From: Sulfolobales archaeon | Lineage (GTDB): Archaea > Thermoproteota > Thermoprotei_A > Sulfolobales > NBVN01 | DNA length: 64,000 nt | NCBI GenBank assembly: GCA_026419835.1 | Contig: JAOAKQ010000004.1 | Coordinates: 42,388-106,387, forward strand | Reading direction: 5' to 3' | Notes under the pieces: generated by a model | What the model saw: the letters and a program-made list of their open reading frames with translations, nothing else | Told to the model about the DNA's origin: nothing | Databases searched by the model: none | Part shown: positions 17,931-27,404 of the stretch, piece after piece | Layout: every line of letters begins with the position of its first letter | Numbering within the stretch: position 1 is the stretch's first letter | Program-made: the position numbers and the translations under genes

Positions 17931-20900
17931 ACTCCACGCGGATGCGACTAAAGAGATTAACGACATAGCTAGAGCGATAAGAGATGTTAGGTGAACCGAA
18001 TCTAGTTTCGTCAATTCCTCAGATATCTTACTGAAGGACCTCTCAAAAGTCCTGCTGATATCCTCAATCGACGAGTCGACCCTACCTAATTCTCTACTAA
18101 CTTCATCGACTTGACCTCTCACACTAGAAAGCACTCTATCGAGGTCCGCTACCAGTAGGTTAACTCTCGCAGTGCTTTCAGATAGTTCTCTGTACGATCT
18201 CCTAATCTCACCTATCTCTCTATCAAATCTCGCTAACCACGATTCCAAGTTCATAGCTTTTATTCTCGCAAGCTCGCCTTCAGCTAACGTCATTCTGTTT
18301 CCTAGCTCGACGAGCGCCTTACTATGGTCTGCGGTCTGCGTGCTAACTCTCACTATATCTTCAGATAACTTGCTGAGAGACTTCTCAAAGGTCTTGCTGA
18401 GGTCCGCGATTTTCAAGTTAATCACTGCCGTCATTCTATTCTCTAGCTCAGTAAGTGCTTTACTGAGCTCCGCTATTCTCGTGCTGACTCTTACGAGATT
18501 GTTTTCAGTTGTTGTCATTCTGTTTTCCAGTTCGGTAAGTGCCTCGACGAGATCTGTGATTACTGAGTTCACTTTCGCGAGATTGTTTTCAGCTACTCCC
18601 ATTCTATTATCTAATTCAGCGAGTACTTTGCTGAGCTCCGCTACTATTGAATTGACTCTACTTAAACTACGGCCGTGCTCACTTACTACCGCTTCGAGTT
18701 TACTCAGTGCCTGACCAATTGTACCGACTTTCTCCTCTAGCGTATTAACGGTATCGTATAGAAGCCTTACTGAATCCGTGGGCACTACGTTGAGTGACAC
18801 CTGCTTCTTCGTGCAGTTACTCCCATAGCAAGTACCTACTTCAACAAATACAACTCCCCTAGGCGGATAGTCGGTTATGCTAATAGTGAATACTGTAAGT
18901 TTCCTATCTCTTGCCATGCCGATTACGCGGAGTACCGCACTATCCGGGTAGACCTGTCTTAGCGAGACGTTGTAGTCTTCGCTCGGGAGTAGTACCTCTA
19001 TAGTACTAACTTCTCCAACAACGTAGTGACTCTTTATGTTTACTACAACATCCGGTTCTCTTACAACCTCCTTCACTACTTCAATCTTTACTACCGCTGG
19101 AGGCTTAATGAGGACGGTCGTTGATGTGTATGTCAGACCGGAGTATGCGATGAATGGAAGTCTCTTCTCAACATCGACGAACGGCGCTATGAAGACATCG
19201 GACAAAGTTCCTCTAAGATTCGTATACCTAGTGAATAGGATGTTGCTTGCTATGTACGCCGTAACGGGGTCCGCTATCCCAAAACCAGTAACTACTACGT
19301 TAACGATCGATCCGGAGGTCATGACTGTGTTTAGGATCACGGCTGGAGATACGAAAACTAGACTCTCCCCATAGATTCTACCATCTCTCGAAACTAGCAT
19401 GAGGGTATTGCCACCTCCGTGAGTATACGGTAGAGTAACCCCTACACCTCCTGGAAGGTAGGGGCCGGAGTAGAGGTTTACGCCAGAAACGTAGATATCG
19501 ACAAGTCTTCCAGTGGGGATGTTAGCGGTTACCCTAACCTCTCCACCGGGTTGTGCCGTAGCTGGATGCACCGAGAGAAATGCGAGCTCGGTGCGGAGAT
19601 TCATAGATTTCGATATCGCTAAGTAAGATCTCACTCTCCCGTATCCCGCACCCGGATGGTCGAGAGCGACTGCCGTCGCGGTCAGTATGTCGTATACGGA
19701 TTCGACGAGTTTCACACCGCTAAGACCACTCTTCCTCAATTCGCTAGCGATAATTGCGGCGACACCAGCCACTAGAGGCGTAGCTGCGCTAGTACCACTA
19801 CCAATAGCTATGGCGTTCCCCGGATAAGCGCCGGGTACCAAAACCCCGGGAGCTACGATGTCCGGCTTTAAGTACCTCTTCGGATACGATCCCTTAAACG
19901 GCCACTCAGTTGGTGGCGATGGCCACTCTACTTCTTCGTAGCTACTGAAGTAGGCTACTCTATCGTCGAAGTCCGTTGCTCCAACACCTACGACACCCCA
20001 TACGTTGCCGGGGTTAGCACTACTGTGGGGACCCCCATTACCTACAGCGGCTACTACGACTATTCCCAGCTCCAGCAGTTTCTTAATAGCTGTTAGAAGT
20101 ACGTTGCTGTAGTCTCCTAGAGCTCCCAAGCTCATCGATACTACTGAAGGTCTCGGGGCATCTACTCGTCTTCCGTAACAATCGTACGGTTCGATAACCC
20201 ACTCAAGTCCCGCCAGTACTTGAGCGAAAGTTCCGTAACCACCCGGAATAACTGAAGCAACCATTAGCTTCGCGCTAGGTATTACACCGAAGACGCGTGT
20301 CGAGGTATCGCCACCAACAACTATACTGCTAACCCAGGTTCCGTGCCCATCAGCATCTTGCGGCTTAACGCATACGGGTCTACCCTTCCTATCGAACTCA
20401 ATCCAACCCCCGGGGTACCTAGGGTCGCTGGGGTCTACAGTCACTAACTTGCCCACTAGTAGGGGGTGGCTTATGTCGATACCGGTATCTAGAACGGCGA
20501 CGACGATATCTTTTCCCGACGTTCCTAGGTAGTTCCAAACGAGCTCAGCACCAATTCTACTAATAGCCCAAGACCACGCTTCAGTATACCTCCCACTACT
20601 ATTTCCAAGCTCGCTGAGACTACCTACAACTCTCAACTCCACATCAGCTTTCACTACTTCAACGTTCGGAGTGACTCTCCGTAGGCTTAGCCTTTCGATG
20701 GATCTAGGGCACTCGACTAGCGCGATATCAAAGTACTTGAAAACTCTCGTGACCCGACATCCTCTACCGACAAGCATATCTATAATTAGGGGGTCGGCTC
20801 CGTAGTCAACTAGGTACTCACCGATACCGCTACCTACCTGTGAGGCCACCACTAGCTGAGCCGTAGGAAGTGCTAGGACTAGGACTACGAGCAGAACTCG

Positions 20901-20936
20901 CCTAGATATCCCCAACCTCAATATATCACTCCTCAT
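17916..20936 (-). CDS. subtilisin-like serine protease (S8) with coiled-coil stalk and C-terminal membrane anchor
   Basis: Signal peptide; catalytic triad contexts VAVLDTGID / DGHGTWVSS / GSGTSAATPLVAG; about 250 aa of heptad-rich C-terminus with ELENRM repeats; terminal TM helix LIALAMSLISLVASAW. Confidence 0.9.
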   Translation of the reverse strand: MRSDILRLGISRRVLLVVLVLALPTAQLVVASQVGSGIGEYLVDYGADPLIIDMLVGRGCRVTRVFKYFDIALVECPRSIERLSLRRVTPNVEVVKADVELRVVGSLSELGNSSGRYTEAWSWAISRIGAELVWNYLGTSGKDIVVAVLDTGIDISHPLLVGKLVTVDPSDPRYPGGWIEFDRKGRPVCVKPQDADGHGTWVSSIVVGGDTSTRVFGVIPSAKLMVASVIPGGYGTFAQVLAGLEWVIEPYDCYGRRVDAPRPSVVSMSLGALGDYSNVLLTAIKKLLELGIVVVAAVGNGGPHSSANPGNVWGVVGVGATDFDDRVAYFSSYEEVEWPSPPTEWPFKGSYPKRYLKPDIVAPGVLVPGAYPGNAIAIGSGTSAATPLVAGVAAIIASELRKSGLSGVKLVESVYDILTATAVALDHPGAGYGRVRSYLAISKSMNLRTELAFLSVHPATAQPGGEVRVTANIPTGRLVDIYVSGVNLYSGPYLPGGVGVTLPYTHGGGNTLMLVSRDGRIYGESLVFVSPAVILNTVMTSGSIVNVVVTGFGIADPVTAYIASNILFTRYTNLRGTLSDVFIAPFVDVEKRLPFIAYSGLTYTSTTVLIKPPAVVKIEVVKEVVREPDVVVNIKSHYVVGEVSTIEVLLPSEDYNVSLRQVYPDSAVLRVIGMARDRKLTVFTISITDYPPRGVVFVEVGTCYGSNCTKKQVSLNVVPTDSVRLLYDTVNTLEEKVGTIGQALSKLEAVVSEHGRSLSRVNSIVAELSKVLAELDNRMGVAENNLAKVNSVITDLVEALTELENRMTTTENNLVRVSTRIAELSKALTELENRMTAVINLKIADLSKTFEKSLSKLSEDIVRVSTQTADHSKALVELGNRMTLAEGELARIKAMNLESWLARFDREIGEIRRSYRELSESTARVNLLVADLDRVLSSVRGQVDEVSRELGRVDSSIEDISRTFERSFSKISEELTKLDSVHLTSLIALAMSLISLVASAWSLARR
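18432..18683 (-). repeat. three tandem 84-nt (28-aa) repeats encoding the coiled-coil stalk
   Basis: CATTCT (the NRM codons on the minus strand) recurs at 18432, 18516 and 18600. The units encode EL(D/E)NRM..ENNL..V....I..L..ALT. Confidence 0.7.
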
Positions 20937-21139
20937 CTACAATCTATTTTAGCATATATGCTCTATCCTAGCTCTTAAGTAGTGCGCGCACTTCAGATAG
21001 GTGATGGCAGAACTACGGTAGCGGCGCTAAAGGTCCGCGAGTTCCACAGCGAAGCTGGTTAACTACATAGAGATAGGGAGTAGAAGTTGAAACGCTTCGC
21101 ACACACCTACTTGAAGAAGTAACTAAAAAGTTGGTAAAG

Positions 21140-23743
21140 CTAGGAGCGCTTTAAGAGCTTAACTAGTAAGCTGAGTGACGCAGCTATAGCTACTAGAGAT
21201 GCGAGGAGAGCTACGTAGGTCAGCGTGGTTAACCTGCGGATATCTTCTAGCGCTAGAGCGCTAGATTCCTCGAGCTCCGTCAGGGACTCCTCGAATTTCT
21301 CTACTCTATACCTGAGTTCAGCGCTGGTAGCTTCAAGCTTCTCGACTCTGGGGATTTGCCGCTCTACGAACGCCACTCTGCCGCTGAGACCGGCTACGGA
21401 CCTCTCCATATCTAAGATAGCTAGTCTAATGTTGCTTAAGTTGCGAACCAAAGTGCTCACTACGGCGTTTAACTTGCTCACCTCGAGCTCGACCCTACCT
21501 ACTCTCTCTCGCTCACTAGCTAGGGAGGTTCTTAGGTCTTCAATGAGCTTCTCCACGTTCTTGAGCGAGTCTGCGAGTGGTTTTAGGGGGTCTACTAAGG
21601 CTATGTGAAGAGGTTCAATTCCTCTCACGCACCGATCTCTAAGACAGGCAGATACCTCTACGAAAACTACCCCGTGGGGTGGGTAGCTGGTTATGTTTAT
21701 CGTGAATACTGCGAGGTTTCTATAGAGAGATATGTTGAGTACCTTCAGCACCACCTGCTCGGGGTATACCTGTCTTAGAGATACACTGTAGCCTTCCTGA
21801 GGTAGCAGAACCCTTACAGTACCTACCTGCCCAACTACGTAGTAATCTTCAACACCAGCTCTCAGAGCGGGCTCCGGCTCCCTAACGGTTTCCACTCTAG
21901 TTACCGGTGGGCTCACCAAGACCGAGGTAGTTAGGTACACACCGGGCATCGAGTAGTCTTCAGCAACTACTTGAATAGTTCTCGGAGTGGTTACGTACGG
22001 AGCTATGATCTTCGTTCTTAAAGTACCTCTGAGGTTAGCCCCATCTATTAGTAGAGTATTGATCGCGTAAACCACCACGGTATCGCCCGGGCCTAGACCC
22101 GAGATAACTAAGTCATACATCTCTCCGGAGGTTAGGTTTCTATCCAGAGTAATTGCGGGGTCCACAGAGACCAGTGCTTCTCCGTAGGTTCTTCCATCGC
22201 TAGACACCACTACAACGATGTTTCCACCTATGTGGGTGTAGGGTACCTTAAGAGAGATGCCGGCAGGGTGGTACGTTCCGGAGTACACCCTCACACCGGA
22301 GATGTAGATCTCGACAGGAGCTCCAGCTTGAACGCCGGCCGTAATTCTGACACTACCTCCAGGGACTGTCTTAGCGGGCACCGTAGACACGTAGACAGAC
22401 TTCACAGCTGTATCCATAGCTGTGGAAACGGCTAGGTACGACCTAATCCTACCAAAACCAGAACCCGGCTGGTCTAGTTTAGCGGCGGTTCTCGTAAGGA
22501 CGTCGTATACTGCCTCAACGAGTCTAGCTCCACTTAGACCGGTTCTAGAGAGCTCCCTCGAGACCATCGCTGCGACGCCAGCTACTACGGGTGCGGAAGC
22601 ACTAGTACCGCTACCAATAGCTAGGAGGCCTCCCGGAAACGCACCAACAACTCTAACTCCCGGAGCGACTATGTCGGGTTTCGAGTACCTACTCGGGTAG
22701 TGCCCTTTGAAGGGCCATCTAGGCGGCGGTGATGGCCACTCTACTTCTTCGTAGCTACTGAAGTAGGCTACTCTATCGTCGAAGTCCGTTGCTCCAACAC
22801 CTACGACACCCCATACGTTGCCGGGGTTAGCACTACTGTGGGGACCCCCATTACCTACAGCGGCTACAACTACGATACCCGCTTGTATCAGCTTCTCTAC
22901 GGCCGGTAGGAAGATGTTGCTGTAGTTTCCTAGAGCTCCCAAGCTCATGGAGACTACTGCAGGTGTTGGAGTGATTAGATACCTCTTGTAGCAGTCGTAG
23001 GGTCTTAGAACCCACTCTAGGCCGGCGAGTACTTGAGCGAAAGTTCCGTAACCACCCGGTAGAACGCTCGCGACCATCAACATCGCTTCGGGCACTACAC
23101 CGAAGATATACGCTGAGGTATCTCCACCCGCAATTATACTGCTAACCCAGGTTCCGTGCCCATCAGTATCTCTAGGATTCGTACACACGGGCCTACCCTT
23201 CCTATCGAACTCAATCCAGCCACCGGGGTACCTAGGGTCGTTGGGGTCCGCAGTGATCAGCTTACCGAAGAGGAGGGGGTGATCCGGGTCTATACCGGTA
23301 TCTAGAACCGCTACGACCACGCCCCTACCGGACGTTTTGAGATACCTCCAGGTTATGTCAGCACCAACTCTACTCACAGCCCAAGACCACAGCGTAACGT
23401 ACTCGTACTCACCGCTCTGACTTTCAAACTCTCTCAGACTACCGAGAACTCTGAGCTCAGTACCGGCTTTCGCTACCTCAAGGTTCGGTACTGCGAGATT
23501 TCCTAGCTTACCTCCAGCGGATCTGGGGCACTCAACCAGCGCTATACCGAAGATATCGAAGACTCTCACTACGCGGCATCCGTAACCTAGCGCCCGCTCT
23601 AGTGCGAGAGATTCTTCTCCGTAGTTAACCAGGTACTCACTCAACCCGGTACTCGAGTTCGTGAATGCGCTTACTACCTGAACTAGTGGAAGAACTGCGA
23701 GCACGACTATGAGTAGCGATATCTTAAGTACGGAGGACTTCAT
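21140..23743 (-). CDS. subtilisin-like serine protease (S8) paralog with coiled-coil tail and C-terminal membrane anchor
   Basis: VAVLDTGID / DGHGTWVSS / GSGTSASAPVVAG. It has the same domain order as 17916..20936, with a shorter heptad tail and a terminal TM helix. Confidence 0.9.
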   Translation of the reverse strand: MKSSVLKISLLIVVLAVLPLVQVVSAFTNSSTGLSEYLVNYGEESLALERALGYGCRVVRVFDIFGIALVECPRSAGGKLGNLAVPNLEVAKAGTELRVLGSLREFESQSGEYEYVTLWSWAVSRVGADITWRYLKTSGRGVVVAVLDTGIDPDHPLLFGKLITADPNDPRYPGGWIEFDRKGRPVCTNPRDTDGHGTWVSSIIAGGDTSAYIFGVVPEAMLMVASVLPGGYGTFAQVLAGLEWVLRPYDCYKRYLITPTPAVVSMSLGALGNYSNIFLPAVEKLIQAGIVVVAAVGNGGPHSSANPGNVWGVVGVGATDFDDRVAYFSSYEEVEWPSPPPRWPFKGHYPSRYSKPDIVAPGVRVVGAFPGGLLAIGSGTSASAPVVAGVAAMVSRELSRTGLSGARLVEAVYDVLTRTAAKLDQPGSGFGRIRSYLAVSTAMDTAVKSVYVSTVPAKTVPGGSVRITAGVQAGAPVEIYISGVRVYSGTYHPAGISLKVPYTHIGGNIVVVVSSDGRTYGEALVSVDPAITLDRNLTSGEMYDLVISGLGPGDTVVVYAINTLLIDGANLRGTLRTKIIAPYVTTPRTIQVVAEDYSMPGVYLTTSVLVSPPVTRVETVREPEPALRAGVEDYYVVGQVGTVRVLLPQEGYSVSLRQVYPEQVVLKVLNISLYRNLAVFTINITSYPPHGVVFVEVSACLRDRCVRGIEPLHIALVDPLKPLADSLKNVEKLIEDLRTSLASERERVGRVELEVSKLNAVVSTLVRNLSNIRLAILDMERSVAGLSGRVAFVERQIPRVEKLEATSAELRYRVEKFEESLTELEESSALALEDIRRLTTLTYVALLASLVAIAASLSLLVKLLKRS

Positions 23744-23919
23744 CTACCTCACCCTACAGCTTTCTAGCCAATCCTAATAAGTAGGGACCGACACACTAAC
23801 TCTACTCGAGTTCTCTTCCAGCAACCTGCCCTACCGGATTTAGGCTCCGTATATAACTGAGTTTAAGGTATTAGACTAAATCCTTATAACCCTCGGCTAG
23901 TATCTGTCCGTGTGAGAGC

Positions 23920-24162
23920 GTGGAGGAGGAGGTCTACTACGAGCTTTATGGAGAGCACATATCTCTAGGAGAGCTAGCTGTATCGACAGCTATATCAACG
24001 GTCTTCGCCATGCTGTTCTTCCACATAGCTCCGCAGATCGCTCAGCTCACCGGAGTGCAGCCGGGAGGGCTCTCGATAACCCTAGGTGCTATTGGTGCTA
24101 CCGTAGGCTTCGCCATATCATCGCTCATCACTAGAGTTAAGAGAGTTGTTGCTGAGGTGTAG
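23920..24162 (+). CDS. small membrane protein (two hydrophobic helices)
   Basis: 80-aa ORF overlapping the start of the TctA-like gene; possibly a small transporter subunit. Confidence 0.35.
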   Translation: MEEEVYYELYGEHISLGELAVSTAISTVFAMLFFHIAPQIAQLTGVQPGGLSITLGAIGATVGFAISSLITRVKRVVAEV

Positions 24163-25540
24163 AGCTTTGGACCCGATAACGCTAGTACTAGTACTCGCTC
24201 TCTCAGCTCTCTCGACCATACTCTACATATTCATAGGGATCCTCCCGGGGACCGATGAAACAGCTACGATGGCACCTATAGCACTCACACTTCTACTAGC
24301 TGGTGTAGACCCTCTCCTAGTTCTAGCTTGGTTCATGGCTAGCATAGCTGCGTTCAAGATGGCTGACAGTATTCCAGTAGCCCTAGCTGGTATTCCAGGC
24401 GGTGTTATGGCGGTTCCTCAAGTTCCGGACGCTCTGGTAGCTAAGGAGCGAGGTCTAGCCGATACTATACTGAGAAAGGGTATAGCTGCTAGCGTGGTAG
24501 GTCAGGTAGTAGCGCTAGCTGTAACACTATCTCTCTCCTACTACATAATGCCCGCTGGTGAGTGGTTGAGAACTGCGGACGTAGTTCTCGGTGTGAGAGT
24601 AGCTAGGTGGTTCTGGCTAGTTCTGGCGGGACTCATAGTGCTAGCACTTACATCGAGAAGTAAGTTCGTAGCACTAGTCTCGATCCCCTCTCTAGCACTA
24701 CTTATCCAGGGCTTGAGGAGCGTCTACGGGAAACCTATATTCATCAGCCTCTTCCTAGGGATAACCATAGGGCCTATGATATTTGAACTACTCTCGATGC
24801 TCCACAGAGACTTGAGGCAGGCATTCACTCGGAGAGGTATGAAGGAAGTTAAGTTGGTAAAGATCGGTAGGATTAGTCTCAACCCGGTTAAGATACTTAG
24901 TAAGGATGAGCTAGCTCACAGCACTCTGTGGTCTGCCGTAACCTCCGTACTGGCAACGGTGATGTCCCCGGTGGGGCTGACCATACTGATCGGGGACCTA
25001 CTTAGAGAAGGAAGTAGAGATAGAACTAGGGGGGCCGTACTCGCGTATACTGTTAGAGACGCAATTAAGAACGCAACGTACGTTGGCGGCACTCTCGTTC
25101 CACTACTCGTAATAGGAGTTCCAACGGGTCCTATGTCCGCCGGACCGGCAGGACCGTTCTTCCAGAAGTTGGAATCTCTCGGAATGACGCCCCGAGACTA
25201 CATAGTCAAGAACTACGATTACGTAACTATAGCGGCAGCGCTTCTACTAGCTACAGGAATATCCTTCCTCATAGCCTACCCCATCCTAGTTAAGTACTCG
25301 AGGAAGATTACTCTAGCTGTATTCAGGAGGATCCCGGCTGAAGCTCTCTACGGTCTCTTCATAGCTATAGTCCTCATGCTCTCGTACTACGACGCCAGAG
25401 TTCCGGGGATCTTCGGAACTCTAGTAGTGAGCCTGATCTCGGGAGCTCTCTGGAAGCTCGGAGTATCTCTCGGAGTTCTCTTCATGACCTTGGTAGCCGC
25501 TCCAACGCTGGTTAGCTTGCTATCGGCACTACCACTCTAA
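24146..25540 (+). CDS. TctA-family (DUF112) permease
   Basis: Polytopic membrane protein. GILPGTDETATMAPIAL, LAGIPGGVMAV and LVIGVPTGPMSAGP resemble the duplicated TctA motifs G.LPG.G / LNVPG / LGVPGSG. Confidence 0.55.
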   Translation: MLLRCRALDPITLVLVLALSALSTILYIFIGILPGTDETATMAPIALTLLLAGVDPLLVLAWFMASIAAFKMADSIPVALAGIPGGVMAVPQVPDALVAKERGLADTILRKGIAASVVGQVVALAVTLSLSYYIMPAGEWLRTADVVLGVRVARWFWLVLAGLIVLALTSRSKFVALVSIPSLALLIQGLRSVYGKPIFISLFLGITIGPMIFELLSMLHRDLRQAFTRRGMKEVKLVKIGRISLNPVKILSKDELAHSTLWSAVTSVLATVMSPVGLTILIGDLLREGSRDRTRGAVLAYTVRDAIKNATYVGGTLVPLLVIGVPTGPMSAGPAGPFFQKLESLGMTPRDYIVKNYDYVTIAAALLLATGISFLIAYPILVKYSRKITLAVFRRIPAEALYGLFIAIVLMLSYYDARVPGIFGTLVVSLISGALWKLGVSLGVLFMTLVAAPTLVSLLSALPL

Positions 25541-25598
25541 CTACTTTTTACTTAACTACCTCGGCTACCTCGGAGCTGAACTGCGCACCCCACCTGGG

Positions 25599-25946
25599 CT
25601 AGGCCTCCAGGTTATCCACTATCTCTTTAACGAGCCTCTCCCTCAATTCCTGCTTCTTGACTTCTGGAAGTAGAAGAACTCTAGCTAGAACTCCCAGCAG
25701 GCGCTCGATACTCTGCAATCTACTGTCCAGGTTCCTGATGACCGTAGCTATTTCCGAGATGTGGCTATCTAAGTGAGAAAGTGCGTGAACTGCTTCAGCA
25801 AGAAGAGAAGCCGTGTCCACCGGTGCTTCTTCCTCCACGTACTCTTCGCGCTCTTCCTCACCGTGGATTTCTTGAGATATCTTATCTATATCTTTCTCAC
25901 TCCTAGGAATATTCATCCTAATCGGCTTCTTCTCGCTCAACTTCAC
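25599..25946 (-). CDS. hypothetical acidic/helical protein
   Basis: 115-aa ORF, divergent from the LuxE-like operon. No motif recognised. Confidence 0.35.
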   Translation of the reverse strand: MKLSEKKPIRMNIPRSEKDIDKISQEIHGEEEREEYVEEEAPVDTASLLAEAVHALSHLDSHISEIATVIRNLDSRLQSIERLLGVLARVLLLPEVKKQELRERLVKEIVDNLEA

Positions 25947-26051
25947 ACCAGTTGAGTAGTTCTGAAGACGTAAAATATGCTGCGCGATCTAGCCCCAAAT
26001 ACTGGTGATTTAGGCAGTTAATAGAAAGAAATTTATATACGAATCCTTAAA

Positions 26052-27365
26052 GTGACCTGGGTTACTACTGTGGAGAAGAAGACCACTAGGGGTCTCCCAG
26101 ATCTAGGTGAAATCATCGACTACGTAACTAAGAGTAAACTCCTCAGCGAACCACACGTTAGAAAACTCTGGGAGCTATCTAGTGATGCGAGTTTATTTGA
26201 GAAATCCCCTGATTATCTTGCTAAGCTGCGGCGAGACCTTCTTAGAGAGTCTCTCGAGTTCTTCGCTAGGAGAAGCCACTTCTACGCTAACCTACTCGAA
26301 AAACTGGAGGTAGACCCTGGGGCCGCTGAAGCAGATGACTTAGTTAAACTAGCAGTACCGTCCGACCTACTTAGAGGTGAGGGATATAGAAGACTGCTAA
26401 TTGATGATGTTCTCGAAGAGCCGGGGTACGTCTTCTCTTCGAGTGGAACTACTTCTTCAACACCTGTGAGAGTCTACAGAACCTACGTAGAGCTCGCAAT
26501 GATGGTTAAAGCTAACACGTTACTATTTGAGTACGTCTACGGGAGAAGACTAGAGGAGGGAAGGGGTGTAGCTCTCTTCCTAGCCGCTAGAGAACTGAGG
26601 GACCAGCTTAACTTCGTCGCGTTCGTAGACCTCGCACTCCAGGGTAAGAAAATACCCATAATCTACGGGATGGACCTAGTTAGAGAAGCTGGGGCCGGAG
26701 GTTCTCAGTGGACTAAGCTAGTCCCCAATAAGAAGAGAATACTTGGGTTTCTGAGAAGTAGAGAGGAGCCTAAGCTGTTCTTCACAGCCCCCGCCGGAGT
26801 ATACTTCATGTCTAAGCGAATGCTCGAAATGAACTTCATTAGTAAACTAGCCTACAAGCTGATGAGTGGCGCTCCACCAATTGACTTAGGGCGTGGGGGA
26901 GTTGTAGTAACTGGTGGAGGTTCGAAAGGTATGGACATACCCCCGTACGACGAGATCGTGAAGATCTCCAGCAAGGTGTTTAAGTCTAGAAATGAAAGAG
27001 GAGAGCTAGTGGACCCTTCGTTCATGGATGTTCTAGGTATGACTGAAACGCTGACCGCTTTGATAGATAGGCACGGGGTTATGAATAAGATTCCGCACCC
27101 ACTACAGGAGGTATTCCTAGTAGACCCCAAGACCTACAAACCAATTACAACACCGGGAAGAGACGGGATCTTAGGAATATTCGACCCGCTAGCCATTTCC
27201 TGGCTCGAGGTATTTCTCCCAGGAGATATAGTTAGGTTCTACGAGTCTAGCAGGTACTACGGTAGGGAGTTCGTGTACGTTAGAAGATTAACGAAGGAGG
27301 AGGGGTGGGACCTTCAGCGGGCTTGCGGAGGTACTATAGAGGAGATGATGAGGAGAGGTTCTTAG
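26052..27365 (+). CDS. LuxE-like acyl-protein synthetase / adenylate-forming enzyme
   Basis: YVFSSSGTTSSTP (adenylation P-loop-like motif), VVTGGGSKG (compare LuxE GGGWKK), LGMTET, and C-terminal RACGG (compare RGCS). Confidence 0.65.
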   Translation: MTWVTTVEKKTTRGLPDLGEIIDYVTKSKLLSEPHVRKLWELSSDASLFEKSPDYLAKLRRDLLRESLEFFARRSHFYANLLEKLEVDPGAAEADDLVKLAVPSDLLRGEGYRRLLIDDVLEEPGYVFSSSGTTSSTPVRVYRTYVELAMMVKANTLLFEYVYGRRLEEGRGVALFLAARELRDQLNFVAFVDLALQGKKIPIIYGMDLVREAGAGGSQWTKLVPNKKRILGFLRSREEPKLFFTAPAGVYFMSKRMLEMNFISKLAYKLMSGAPPIDLGRGGVVVTGGGSKGMDIPPYDEIVKISSKVFKSRNERGELVDPSFMDVLGMTETLTALIDRHGVMNKIPHPLQEVFLVDPKTYKPITTPGRDGILGIFDPLAISWLEVFLPGDIVRFYESSRYYGREFVYVRRLTKEEGWDLQRACGGTIEEMMRRGS

Positions 27366-27404
27366 GCAGCTGCTAGCCACGCTCAGTGTGTAGTAGGTGA
27401 CGTA

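Noticed and set aside
18172-18714. 180-aa plus-strand ORF, together with similar antisense ORFs (e.g. 19036-19374, 21225-21608, 22422-22700, 1606-1791, 1951-2223, 2289-2495, 4376-4639, 29044-29415, 30452-30886, 31467-31859, 41881-42423, 43625-44077, 54610-55450)
   Set aside because: All lie fully inside, and antisense to, ORFs with clear family signatures. They are S/L/T/A-rich shadow frames typical of this codon bias.
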